From NCBI GenBank assembly GCA_964362305.1, contig CAYIDY010000001.1, forward strand, positions 1,526 to 65,525: a stretch of DNA of 64,000 nucleotides, written 5' to 3'. A model generated the notes under the pieces. It saw only the letters and a list, made by a program, of their open reading frames with translations, was not told where the DNA came from and did no database searches. This DNA is from an uncultured Candidatus Saccharibacteria bacterium. GTDB taxonomy: Bacteria > Patescibacteriota > Minisyncoccia > Phycocordibacterales > UBA2100. The number at the start of each line of letters is the position of its first letter. Position 1 is the stretch's first letter. The position numbers were made by a program, and so were the translations under genes. This document shows positions 9,638-19,643 of this stretch, piece after piece.

Positions 9638-10606
9638 TTATCGTCTCGCCAACTGGATAATGTGCTCAAGGAGCTCTCGGAGAGACGAGCCAACGGCTTC
9701 AAGTTTGTGATGGAATGCAGAGCCTTCATACAAATGCGGCAGGGCGTCGACTTCCAAGAGATAGGGTCCGCGGCGGGTGAGTATAAAATCGGCGCGGGAA
9801 TAGTGTGATAGCCCAAGCGCCTTATGCGCCGCACGGGCTGCATCCATAAGTGCCGCTTTTTCCACGTCCGAAAACGAGGCAGGAATCAAATGTCTCAGCT
9901 CCCCACTTGTATGATGGTGAAAATGAAGAAAAGGCGATTCTTCAGGATACAGAACATGTGCGGGCGGAAGAACATACAGCTCTTCTCCACGAAAACCTTC
10001 GACGACGCCGACGCTCGCCTCTTCCCCGGTGACGTACTCTTCGACGATGGCAGAACCATATTCATCCAAGACATCGCCGACAACATCGGGTAATTCAATA
10101 ATCGTGAATGCCATGCGAATACCTTCGGAGGCTCCGAGCGTCGCTGGCTTTACAATGTACGGCGGTGCAAACTTTGAAAAAATAAAGCGTGCTATCTCAC
10201 CGGTGTCTCTATACTGACCATGGTTAAAGCCATATCCGCGCGGTATTTGTATGTTGTTGTCAGTAAAAATTGCGCGAGCTCGAGCCTTATTAAGTGCGAG
10301 TGCCAATGAAAGTGGCCGCGACCCGGTGTATGGAACACCTGCACGCTCAAGTATGCGTGTCACCGTTCCGTCTTCACCAATGCCTCCATGCAGTGCGTTC
10401 AATGCAACGTCGATGTTTGAAAGAGCTCGTGCAGGCTCTACCGGCATGCCACGTGAATGCCATACACCTTGTTTATCGATAAAAATATCGCGGACGTCGA
10501 ATTTGTCTTCGGGTAAAGCGCGTAACATCGCGGTTCCAGTTTTAAGCGAGATGTCGTACTCGGGTGACGTTCCACCACGAAGCACGCCGACGACAGAGCG
10601 GGACAT
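9638..10606 (-). CDS. ddl: D-alanine--D-alanine ligase family ATP-grasp protein, divergent active site
   Basis: GGTSPEYDISLKTG, ALHGGIGEDG, GVPYTGS, SRADFIL; substitutions described under findings. Confidence 0.8.
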   Translation of the reverse strand: MSRSVVGVLRGGTSPEYDISLKTGTAMLRALPEDKFDVRDIFIDKQGVWHSRGMPVEPARALSNIDVALNALHGGIGEDGTVTRILERAGVPYTGSRPLSLALALNKARARAIFTDNNIQIPRGYGFNHGQYRDTGEIARFIFSKFAPPYIVKPATLGASEGIRMAFTIIELPDVVGDVLDEYGSAIVEEYVTGEEASVGVVEGFRGEELYVLPPAHVLYPEESPFLHFHHHTSGELRHLIPASFSDVEKAALMDAARAAHKALGLSHYSRADFILTRRGPYLLEVDALPHLYEGSAFHHKLEAVGSSLRELLEHIIQLARR

Positions 10607-10657
10607 GCTGAGAAGTATACCTTCACTATCGTCGCGTTTATGCGACTTGTTCACACC

Positions 10658-11869
10658 TCAAAACATTCGATTGCGCTGTCTATTTCGATGCCATCCGATT
10701 GCGTACCGATGTGCCTCGCTGTTTGCGAGAAGAATTTCCTTTTCATATGCGCGTACCAATTTTTCATCACCCGCGAGACGAACCGGGCGATGAAATTCAT
10801 CTTTGACGACGCCGATTACAGGAATGGCTACGCCGGCCTTCTTTAATACGCGTTCCGCCGAGCGAATCTGCGCAGTCGAGCCATCAACGATAATAATTCG
10901 AGGCATGTGCCATTCCGAATGAGCGAGGCGGCGCTCCAAAATTTCCGCGAGCGCGGCAACATCATTATTCGTTACCGTGCGGATTTTAAATTTACGATAT
11001 TCTTCTTTACGCGCTTCCCCACCTAAAACGACCGTCATAACTCCGACGGTTTCGGAGCCAGCGGTATGCGCAACGTCGTACGCTTCAATACGAAACGCCC
11101 CGCCCGCAGAGACGCGGTACTCGTCCTTGATTAACGAGACATCGCGTATATGTGTGAGCGCACTCACTTTCTTGCGCAATTTTTCTGCCCTCTCAAAGTG
11201 TTCGCCCTTTGAAGCAATTTTCATTTCACTTTCGAGTCGTCGGCGCAAAGAGCCCATTTTTCCGCTAAATAGCTCGACAATGTTCTTTACCGTCTGTGCG
11301 TACTCTTTTTGTGTCACCGCTTGAGAACAAACACCGGGGCACAATCCTAGTTGCGCGTTGAAACATGGTTTCCCCGACTCCGGAGTGCATTTGTCGCGAT
11401 AGGGGAAAATTTTTCGAATGAGTTTTAGCGCTTCTTTGAGTGCTCCTCCTTGAGGAAATGGCCCAAAGAGCCGCTTGATATCGGCGTCGTTCCAGGATTG
11501 AAATAGCTCACGTCCTCGCACGGGAAGTATGCGTGGGTACGGTTCTTTCGTGACGACAAGATAGTTAAAACTTTTGTTGTCTTTCTGGTCGACATTGTAA
11601 AAAGGTTGGTGTTTTTTAATTAAGTTCGCCTCCAAAATCAGGGCCTCAAGAACAGATTCAGTCGTTTCCCATTCGATGGACGTGGCCTTCTCTACCATTC
11701 CTCGTATTGCACTCGAGCGGGTCTCCGCGAGGTCATGAGCGAAATAACTGCGCACGCGGTCTCTCAAACTCGCCGCTTTTCCTATGTACAGAATTTTCCC
11801 CGCATCCATGAATTTGTAGACGCCAGGATTGTCCGGGAGCGCAATTTTTTTCAAATCTTCACGAATCAT
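10658..11869 (-). CDS. uvrC: Excinuclease ABC subunit C, short form without HhH
   Basis: GIY-YIG (PGVYKF...LYIGKA), Cys cluster, UVR (EHFERAEKLR), RNase H-like IEAYDVAH...IVDG. Confidence 0.9.
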   Translation of the reverse strand: MIREDLKKIALPDNPGVYKFMDAGKILYIGKAASLRDRVRSYFAHDLAETRSSAIRGMVEKATSIEWETTESVLEALILEANLIKKHQPFYNVDQKDNKSFNYLVVTKEPYPRILPVRGRELFQSWNDADIKRLFGPFPQGGALKEALKLIRKIFPYRDKCTPESGKPCFNAQLGLCPGVCSQAVTQKEYAQTVKNIVELFSGKMGSLRRRLESEMKIASKGEHFERAEKLRKKVSALTHIRDVSLIKDEYRVSAGGAFRIEAYDVAHTAGSETVGVMTVVLGGEARKEEYRKFKIRTVTNNDVAALAEILERRLAHSEWHMPRIIIVDGSTAQIRSAERVLKKAGVAIPVIGVVKDEFHRPVRLAGDEKLVRAYEKEILLANSEAHRYAIGWHRNRQRNRMF

Positions 11870-11917
11870 CCGAATACACTACACGACGTGTGACGGTTAT
11901 GCACACCTACAAATTTT

Positions 11918-11945
11918 TTGACTCGGAGCGCGCTTCGTGTATACT
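11918..11945 (+). promoter_or_regulatory. carAB promoter (near-leaderless)
   Basis: TTGACT-N16-TATACT, 9 nt before ATG 11955. Confidence 0.7.
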
Positions 11946-11954
11946 GCTATTTTA

Positions 11955-12980
11955 ATGTATCTCCATCTCAAGGACGGCACAAAATTCCTTGGAAAATCAT
12001 TTGGTTCTGATAATGCGGCCTCGGGAGAGGTCGTTTTTAGTACTGGGATGGTGGGCTACGTCGAGAGTCTTACCGACCCTTCATACGCAGGGCAAATTTT
12101 GGTCTGCACCTTCCCTCTTGTCGGCAATTATGGGGTTCCCGAGGAGAAGTTTTTTGAATCAAACAAAATTCAAGTAGCGGGGCTCGTAGTTTCTGAGTAT
12201 GGCGACGCGTATTCACACGCGGATGCGAAACTCTCGCTGAGTACCTGGCTGAAACGCTCCGGAGTTCCCGCCATTACCGGCGTAGACACACGTGCACTCA
12301 CGAAGAAATTGCGCGAACACGGCGTGATGCTCGGCGCGCTTTCTGACAAACGACCAAAGAAATTCGTTGATCCCAATAAAGAAAATTTGGTTGCAAATGT
12401 CTCGCCTACAGAAGTCCAAACGTATGGCACGGGCACCAAAAAAATCGTTCTTGTCGACTGCGGCGCCAAAGAAAACATTGTGCGCTCGCTTGTCGCACGA
12501 GGCGCCACAGTCATTCGTGTACCGTGGGACTACGACTTCACAAAACTTGATTATGACGGCCTCCTTCTTTCTAATGGCCCCGGCGACCCGACGCGCTGTG
12601 GCATCACGATTGCGCACATTAAAAAAGCAATGGCGCAAAAGAAACCGATTTTGGGAATTTGCCTGGGCAATCAATTGCTGGCACTCGCTGCCGGTGCAAA
12701 GACGTACAAACTCAAGTACGGTCACCGTTCACACAATCAGCCATGCATCGATGCACTGACCGGTCGTTGTTACATCACTTCGCAAAATCATGGATTTGCT
12801 GTGAATGAGAAAACATTGCCACGGGACTGGAGTCCTTGGTTTACGAACGCCAACGACAATTCGAACGAAGGAATACGACATAAAAAAATGCCTTGGCGCT
12901 CCGCCCAATTTCATCCCGAAGCAACTCCAGGCCCTACCGACACCGCGTGGCTGTTTGATGAATTCATTGCTTCACTATGA
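11955..12980 (+). CDS. carA: Carbamoyl-phosphate synthase small subunit
   Basis: GEVVFSTGMVGY.ESLTDPSY, SNGPGDP, GICLG, QFHPE. Confidence 0.97.
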   Translation: MYLHLKDGTKFLGKSFGSDNAASGEVVFSTGMVGYVESLTDPSYAGQILVCTFPLVGNYGVPEEKFFESNKIQVAGLVVSEYGDAYSHADAKLSLSTWLKRSGVPAITGVDTRALTKKLREHGVMLGALSDKRPKKFVDPNKENLVANVSPTEVQTYGTGTKKIVLVDCGAKENIVRSLVARGATVIRVPWDYDFTKLDYDGLLLSNGPGDPTRCGITIAHIKKAMAQKKPILGICLGNQLLALAAGAKTYKLKYGHRSHNQPCIDALTGRCYITSQNHGFAVNEKTLPRDWSPWFTNANDNSNEGIRHKKMPWRSAQFHPEATPGPTDTAWLFDEFIASL

Positions 12981-15900
12981 AAAAACTAAAAAAAGTTCTT
13001 ATTCTTGGTTCCGGCGGCCTCAAGATTGGCCAGGCCGGTGAGTTTGATTATTCGGGTTCGCAAGCAATCAAGGCGTTGAAAGAAGAAGGAATCAAAACAG
13101 TGCTCATCAATCCAAATATTGCGACGGTGCAAACAGACAAAAAATTGGCAGACGAGGTGTACTTTCTTCCACTTACCGAGCATTTCGCAGAGCAGGTCAT
13201 CATCAAGGAAAAGCCGGATGCTATTTTGCTGGGCTTTGGTGGACAAACAGCTCTCAATTTGGGATTAGCGCTTGAAAAAAGCGGCATACTCAAAAAGCAC
13301 AAGGTGGAAGTCCTTGGCACCCCCGTTTCGACAATACGGGACACCGAAGACCGAGACCTTTTCATTAAGCGGTTAAATGAAATCGGCGTTAACACAGCGC
13401 GCAGTCAGGCTGTTACGACTATCGAGGAGGCAAAAAGAGTTGCGGAGGCTATCGGGTACCCGCTTATGATGCGTTCAGCATTCGCGCTCGGGGGGCAGGG
13501 TTCGGGGGTCGTTTCTACAGAAGAGGCTCTCGAGAAGAAATTATCAGAAGCTTTTTCTACAAGCCCACAAGTCTTAATCGAAGAAAACTTGACGGGTTGG
13601 AAGGAGGTGGAATACGAGGTTGTGCGTGACAGAGCAGACAACTGCATCACGGTGTGCAACATGGAGAACATCGACCCCATGGGCGTACATACGGGCGAAA
13701 GTATCGTCATAGCACCATCACAGACGCTCAATAACGAAGAATATCATCGCCTCCGAGAAGTCGCGATAAAGACCATTCGCCATCTCGGCGTTGTTGGCGA
13801 ATGCAACATTCAATACGCATTAAATCCGGAGAACGGTGATTATCGGGTAATTGAAGTCAATGCACGCCTCTCTCGTTCGTCGGCTCTTGCGTCAAAAGCG
13901 ACAGGCTACCCGCTTGCATTCGTCGCTGCGAAATTAGCGCTTGGGTACACTCTTCCGGAATTGAAAAACTCGATTACAAAAACAACAACTGCCTGTTTTG
14001 AACCAGCGCTCGATTACGTTGTTTTGAAAATGCCGCGCTGGGACCTCAATAAGTTTGAAAATGCAACGACGAATATCGGGACGGAAATGAAGAGTGTCGG
14101 CGAAGTTATGGCAATCGGGCGCTCGTTTGAGGAAGTTTTGCAAAAGGCGATGCGCATGCTTTCTATCGGTGCGCACGGATTTACCGCAAATAACGCACTT
14201 TTCAAAAGGTCGAACTACCGGCATGAAATTGAACACCCGACAACAACGCGTATTTTCGCGCTTGCGCACGCGCTCCGAGAGGGCGTAACGATAGAAGAGC
14301 TGCACGCTCTGTCAAAAATCGACAAATGGTTCCTTGAGAAGATGAGCAACATAGTTGCGTGCGAACAGTCATTAATGAAAACCAAACTGGATGCAGACAC
14401 TATGCTTGCTGTTAAAAAATTAGGATTTTCTGATGCGCAGATTGCCTCAATCACGAAAAGTACCGACGAAAAAGTGCGTGCACTGCGAAAGAAACTTAAA
14501 GTGCTCCCCTTCATCAAACAGATAGACACGCTTGCGGGTGAATTCCCCGCAAAAACCAACTACCTCTACATGACCTATCACGGGCTCGAACACGACGTGC
14601 GACCCGGTAAACGCGGCACCTTGGTATTGGGAAGCGGCCCCTACTGCATAGGTTCATCGGTTGAATTCGATTGGTGCAATGTCCAAGCACTGAAACGTCT
14701 TCGCGCAGAGAAAATTGAAACAATCATGCTGAACTGCAACCCGGAGACTGTTTCTACGGACTACGACGAATCCGACCGACTGTACTTTGATGAGTTGTCT
14801 CTTGAGCGAGTGATGGATATCGTTGAATTCGAGAAAACAAGAGGAGTCATTGTTTCCATGGGCGGCCAAATCCCGAATAATCTTGCATTAAAATTGCACA
14901 AACGCGGCGTAAAAATCCTCGGCACGCACCCCGATAACATTGATCGCGCAGAAGACCGCCATCTTTTTTCGAAGCTTTTGGACAAGATTGGAGTGCATCA
15001 ACCACTGTGGACGGAAGTTACGTCTCCAGAGCAGGCAGCAAAAATCGCCAAAGAAATGGAGTACCCGGTTTTGGTGCGCCCTTCATATGTACTTTCGGGA
15101 GCGGCGATGAATGTCGCCTTCGACGAAGAAGCGCTCTTGAAATTCCTCGGTCGAGCTACACAAGTATCAAGCGATCACCCGGTCGTCATTTCAAAATTCA
15201 TGGAGAACGCACGAGAAATAGAAATTGACGGTGTCGCACAAAACGGAGAGCTCGCGCTGTATGCTATTTCCGAACACGTTGAAAATGCGGGAACGCACTC
15301 GGGCGATGCGACAGTAGTTCTTCCTCCGCAGCGTACCTACTTAGAAACTATTCGTAGAGCAAAAAGTATCACAAAAAAAGTAGTGAAGGAGTTGGAAATC
15401 TCTGGCCCGTTTAACATGCAGTTTCTCGCAAAAGAGAATCAGCTTATGGTCATTGAGTGCAATGTGCGCGCATCACGCAGCTTTCCTTTTGTCTCTAAGG
15501 TCACCGGCTACAACTTTGCGGAAAAAGCGACAGAAGTGCTGTTGGGTAAAGATATTAAGGCGGAGTACCGCACTGTTGAATTAGATTGGGTTGGCGTAAA
15601 GTCGCCGCAGTTTTCGTACGGCCGCATTAAAGGAGCGGACCCTATTTCATACGTTGAAATGACGGCAACGGGAGAAGTGGCGTGTTTTGGAGATTCGTAC
15701 GCAGAGGCACTTCTCAAATCAATGCTCGCGGCAAACTTCAGGATACCTAAGAAGAATATCCTTGTATCTTTGGGTGGCGATGAACACAAAGTAAAACTGC
15801 TTCCCGCGCTTCAAAAAATGCACGAGATGAACTACAAGCTCTTTGGCACACTACACACCGCCGAATTCTTGAAAGAAAACGGTATCCCGTGTGTACTTTT

Positions 15901-16153
15901 GTACAAAATATCCGACAAACAAGAACCAAGCACTATCTCTGCGGTTGAGAGCGGGAACATTGACCTTATCATCAACGTTCCGGTAAAAGCACTCGCTCGA
16001 GATAGTGCGGATGGCTTTGACATACGTCGCAAAGCAGTAGACCTTAATATTCCCCTCATCACGAACCGCCAGCTCGCCGAAGGTTTTATGTTTGCGCTGT
16101 GGGAAATGCGAAACGATGAGCTCGATTCGAAGTCTTGGAATGAGTATCGATAG
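12977..16153 (+). CDS. carB: Carbamoyl-phosphate synthase large subunit
   Basis: IGQAGEFDYSG, two ATP-grasp domains, NCNPETVSTDYD, C-terminal MGS domain. Confidence 0.98.
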   Translation: MKKLKKVLILGSGGLKIGQAGEFDYSGSQAIKALKEEGIKTVLINPNIATVQTDKKLADEVYFLPLTEHFAEQVIIKEKPDAILLGFGGQTALNLGLALEKSGILKKHKVEVLGTPVSTIRDTEDRDLFIKRLNEIGVNTARSQAVTTIEEAKRVAEAIGYPLMMRSAFALGGQGSGVVSTEEALEKKLSEAFSTSPQVLIEENLTGWKEVEYEVVRDRADNCITVCNMENIDPMGVHTGESIVIAPSQTLNNEEYHRLREVAIKTIRHLGVVGECNIQYALNPENGDYRVIEVNARLSRSSALASKATGYPLAFVAAKLALGYTLPELKNSITKTTTACFEPALDYVVLKMPRWDLNKFENATTNIGTEMKSVGEVMAIGRSFEEVLQKAMRMLSIGAHGFTANNALFKRSNYRHEIEHPTTTRIFALAHALREGVTIEELHALSKIDKWFLEKMSNIVACEQSLMKTKLDADTMLAVKKLGFSDAQIASITKSTDEKVRALRKKLKVLPFIKQIDTLAGEFPAKTNYLYMTYHGLEHDVRPGKRGTLVLGSGPYCIGSSVEFDWCNVQALKRLRAEKIETIMLNCNPETVSTDYDESDRLYFDELSLERVMDIVEFEKTRGVIVSMGGQIPNNLALKLHKRGVKILGTHPDNIDRAEDRHLFSKLLDKIGVHQPLWTEVTSPEQAAKIAKEMEYPVLVRPSYVLSGAAMNVAFDEEALLKFLGRATQVSSDHPVVISKFMENAREIEIDGVAQNGELALYAISEHVENAGTHSGDATVVLPPQRTYLETIRRAKSITKKVVKELEISGPFNMQFLAKENQLMVIECNVRASRSFPFVSKVTGYNFAEKATEVLLGKDIKAEYRTVELDWVGVKSPQFSYGRIKGADPISYVEMTATGEVACFGDSYAEALLKSMLAANFRIPKKNILVSLGGDEHKVKLLPALQKMHEMNYKLFGTLHTAEFLKENGIPCVLLYKISDKQEPSTISAVESGNIDLIINVPVKALARDSADGFDIRRKAVDLNIPLITNRQLAEGFMFALWEMRNDELDSKSWNEYR

Positions 16154-16170
16154 CGTGTAGACTTGGCCCC

Positions 16171-17799
16171 ATGAAAGCCTCAAAATTATTCGTTAAGTGT
16201 TTGGAGGCCGCCGGAGTAAAGCGCATGTTTGGAGTACCGGGCGAAGAAAACCTTGCTTTTTTAGATGCGGTTCGTGATTCTAAGATAGAGTTTATAACTA
16301 CGCGTGACGAACAGTCCGCCGTTTTTATGGCTGCGACAGTGGGTCGTTTGACGGGGCGCGTTGGGGTTGCGCTCTCTACTCTTGGTCCCGGTGCGACAAA
16401 TTTGGTAACGGGCGTTGCGTATGCCAACCTCGGCGCCATGCCAGTTCTTGTGATAACGGGACAGAAACCTATCCGCGCAAGTAAACAAGGTCAGTTTCAG
16501 ATTATTGACGTTGTGCGCATGATGGAGCCGATAACGAAATATGCGCGAACCATTCCGAGCGCCTCTCGCATTCCGAGCATGGTGTATGAAGCGATAAAAA
16601 TGGCGGAATCTGAACGCCCGGGCGCGGTGCATCTTGAATTTCCCGAAGATATTGCAGAAGAAGAATCCCGAGAACAGCCAATGGAATGGAAAAAGGTTCG
16701 TCGTCCTAACCCGGATGACAAGTCCATTGAAATGGCAGCGACAATGCTCAAAAAAGCAAAGCGCCCAATAATCGTCATTGGTACCGGCGCAAATCGAAAA
16801 CTCATTAGAAACCAGCTTCGTAATTTTATTAGTAGTACCGGCATCCCGTTTGTTACAACGCAAATGGGTAAAGGCGTTGAAGATGAGAGCGACGAACGAT
16901 ATTTGGGAACCACAGCACTTTCTTCCGGCGATTTCATGCACCGTGCGCTTGAGAAGTCAGATTGTCTGTTGATGGTGGGGCACGATATCGTGGAGAAACC
17001 GCCTGTTCTGACTCATTCAAAAACAACCATCATTCACGTCAACTTTTCACCTGCCTCAGTTGATGCCGTGTACAACCCGACACTCGAGGTCATCGGTGAC
17101 ATTTCACACGCTCTGTGGGTACTTTCAGAAAAATTGAGCGGTACCATATGGGACACAAAAATATTTTCGAAATACAAGAAAGCGCTTGCGAAGGACATTG
17201 AAGATAAGGCAAAAGACGACGCATGCCCTTTAAAACCGCAGCGTATCGTTTCAGATTTGCGCGCGTCTATCCCGCGAGACGGCGTACTATCGCTCGACAA
17301 CGGGATGTATAAAATCTGGATAGCTCGCAACTACCCAGCGTATGAACAAAATTCCGTTCTCTTAGATAATGCACTAGCGAGTATGGGTGCGGGGCTTCCC
17401 GTTGGTATCGCCACAAAAATGCTTTTCCCAAAAAAGCCTGTCGTTGTGCTTGCGGGTGATGGCGGTTTTATGATGAATGTAGCGGAACTTGAAACCGCAG
17501 TGCGCCTCAAGCAAGAACTTGTTATTGTCATACTGAATGATAACGGCTATGGCATGATTAAATGGAAACAGTCAGCAATGAAGTTGAAGAACTTTGGGCT
17601 TACTTTTACCAATCCTGACTTCGTAAAACTTGCCGAGGCGTTTGGCGCGCGAGGAGTGCGCATTACGAAAGCGGTACAATTTAAAACGGAGGTTGAAAAA
17701 GCACTAAAAAGTGGCGGCGTGCATGTTATTGACGTGCCAATTGACTACAGTGAAAACGCGTCTCTGAACTCACTTTCCAAACGAACAGCATCACTATAA
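16171..17799 (+). CDS. ThDP-dependent enzyme, acetolactate synthase large subunit-like (possible 2-oxoacid decarboxylase)
   Basis: FGVPGEENL, STLGPGATN, GDGGFMMN...LNDN ThDP motif; no small subunit gene adjacent. Confidence 0.85.
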   Translation: MKASKLFVKCLEAAGVKRMFGVPGEENLAFLDAVRDSKIEFITTRDEQSAVFMAATVGRLTGRVGVALSTLGPGATNLVTGVAYANLGAMPVLVITGQKPIRASKQGQFQIIDVVRMMEPITKYARTIPSASRIPSMVYEAIKMAESERPGAVHLEFPEDIAEEESREQPMEWKKVRRPNPDDKSIEMAATMLKKAKRPIIVIGTGANRKLIRNQLRNFISSTGIPFVTTQMGKGVEDESDERYLGTTALSSGDFMHRALEKSDCLLMVGHDIVEKPPVLTHSKTTIIHVNFSPASVDAVYNPTLEVIGDISHALWVLSEKLSGTIWDTKIFSKYKKALAKDIEDKAKDDACPLKPQRIVSDLRASIPRDGVLSLDNGMYKIWIARNYPAYEQNSVLLDNALASMGAGLPVGIATKMLFPKKPVVVLAGDGGFMMNVAELETAVRLKQELVIVILNDNGYGMIKWKQSAMKLKNFGLTFTNPDFVKLAEAFGARGVRITKAVQFKTEVEKALKSGGVHVIDVPIDYSENASLNSLSKRTASL

Positions 17800-17808
17800 T
17801 CTGTCCGT

Positions 17809-19188
17809 ATGTTTAAACCGCTCATTTCAATAAATCCCGCAACGGGCGCAGTGTTTGCCGAAACAGATCAAATGAGCGAGGTGGCGCTAAGACAAGCGCT
17901 TGAGCGCGCTTTCACTACTCAAACAGAATGGCGTAGCACGTCGTTTGAAAAGCGAGTTCGCATGATGAAAAAACTGGCCACACTGCTCCGAAAACAGAAG
18001 AAAGCTCTCGCAGAAACAATTACTAAAGAAATGGGTAAGACGCTCGCAGCAGCTGAAGGCGAGATTGAAAAATGCGCGCTGGTATGCGAGTTTTATGCGC
18101 TGAATGCTAAAAAAATACTTACTCCCGAGCGCGCAAAATCAGACGCTAAAAAAAGTTACGTGCGCTTCGATCCATTAGGTGTAGTGCTTGCCGTCATGCC
18201 GTGGAACTTCCCTTTCTGGCAGGTATTTCGATTCGCTGCTCCTGCGCTAATGGCTGGCAATGTCGGACTTCTCAAGCACGCGTCAAACGTACAGCGTAGC
18301 TCAGCATGTATACAAAAACTGTTTACCGACGCCGGCTTCCCATCAGGCGCGTTCACAAATCTCGCAATTTCATCTGACCGCGTTGAGGGCGTCATTCGTG
18401 ACCCACGCGTTGCGGCTGTAACACTTACGGGAAGCGAGAGGGCGGGGGCACATGTAGCGCGTGTCGCCGGTGAGGAATTGAAGAAAACAGTACTTGAGCT
18501 TGGCGGCTCTGACCCTTTTATTGTCCTTAAAGATGCGGATATTGAAAAGGCCACGACCGCCGCTGTTACAGCGCGCATGCAGAATAATGCCGGGCAAAGC
18601 TGTATTTCCGCGAAGCGCTTTATTGTGGACAAAAAAATTGAAGAAAAGTTTACTGCCGTGCTCGTCGCGAAAGTAAAGGCATTACACGTCGGCGACCCGA
18701 CAAAGCCAGAGACACATGTCGGTCCTTTGGCAAGCGAACAGATGCTGCTCGATATCGAACGTCAGGTGAACGAAAGTGTGACAAAAGGTGCGAAAATTCT
18801 GGCAGGTGGTGCGCGCGTTGGGACTCGGGGGTTCTTTTTTGCACCAACGGTGCTCTCTGGCGTTCAAAAAGGTGTCCCCGCCTTCGACGAAGAGCTTTTT
18901 GGTCCTGTCTTGCCGATTATCACATTTGCAACTGAGGACGAGGCGATTGCGCTCGCAAATGACACGCCGTATGGTCTTGGTGCAACGATATTTACAAAGA
19001 ATACTGCGAAAGCTGAAAAGCTCGCCGCGCGCATTGATTCCGGTTGCGTATTCATTAATTCGCCGGTCAAAAGCGACCCTCGACTCCCCTTCGGCGGGGT
19101 AAAGAAAAGCGGGTACGGCCGCGAGCTTTCGCACTATGGCATTAAGGAGTTTGTGAATATTAAAACAATTTCTATTAGTAGGGTATGA
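17809..19188 (+). CDS. NAD(P)-dependent succinate-semialdehyde dehydrogenase-like aldehyde dehydrogenase
   Basis: MPWNFPFWQVFRF, KHASNV, LELGGSDP, GQSCISAKR, EELFGPV, PFGGVKKSGYGREL. Confidence 0.88.
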   Translation: MFKPLISINPATGAVFAETDQMSEVALRQALERAFTTQTEWRSTSFEKRVRMMKKLATLLRKQKKALAETITKEMGKTLAAAEGEIEKCALVCEFYALNAKKILTPERAKSDAKKSYVRFDPLGVVLAVMPWNFPFWQVFRFAAPALMAGNVGLLKHASNVQRSSACIQKLFTDAGFPSGAFTNLAISSDRVEGVIRDPRVAAVTLTGSERAGAHVARVAGEELKKTVLELGGSDPFIVLKDADIEKATTAAVTARMQNNAGQSCISAKRFIVDKKIEEKFTAVLVAKVKALHVGDPTKPETHVGPLASEQMLLDIERQVNESVTKGAKILAGGARVGTRGFFFAPTVLSGVQKGVPAFDEELFGPVLPIITFATEDEAIALANDTPYGLGATIFTKNTAKAEKLAARIDSGCVFINSPVKSDPRLPFGGVKKSGYGRELSHYGIKEFVNIKTISISRV

Positions 19189-19643
19189 ACGAAGAGCTAA
19201 ATGAACAGCCTCGCGATGGGATCTTTAAACGCGTTGCAAAGCTCGAGCCGAATTGGGACAAGCTTCCGCGAGTCGGATTTGGCGACCTGGTTCTCGATAC
19301 GGAAACATTGCTGGTTGTCTTAAAAGAAGGGCCGGATACAGGGACTGACAGACTTCAGAGTGTGGCGCTTACACAGAGCGAAATGGAGATACTGAGACTT
19401 CTCATCATCCTCAGCGATGTGCAGTCTACCTTCGGTGCTGTAGTAAGTACTCCCGAATTTCAAGAGTGGCTCGATTACAGAGTTCGAATACCCAAAGGTG
19501 GTGTGAATGCTATTGGGAACAGCACGCGTGTTGAAGATAATATGCTGATAAGTTTGAGGAAGAAATTGCGTTCGCTACCTGGGAATCGTGTTACCCTTGT
19601 CAACACATATAAGTCTCGATGGCATTTAGAACGAAGTTCCTAG
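19185..19643 (+). CDS. Hypothetical protein with degenerate OmpR/PhoB-type winged helix
   Basis: GDLVLD...LTQSEMEILRLL...VVS...ISLRKKL pattern; no receiver domain. Confidence 0.5.
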   Translation: MNEELNEQPRDGIFKRVAKLEPNWDKLPRVGFGDLVLDTETLLVVLKEGPDTGTDRLQSVALTQSEMEILRLLIILSDVQSTFGAVVSTPEFQEWLDYRVRIPKGGVNAIGNSTRVEDNMLISLRKKLRSLPGNRVTLVNTYKSRWHLERSS

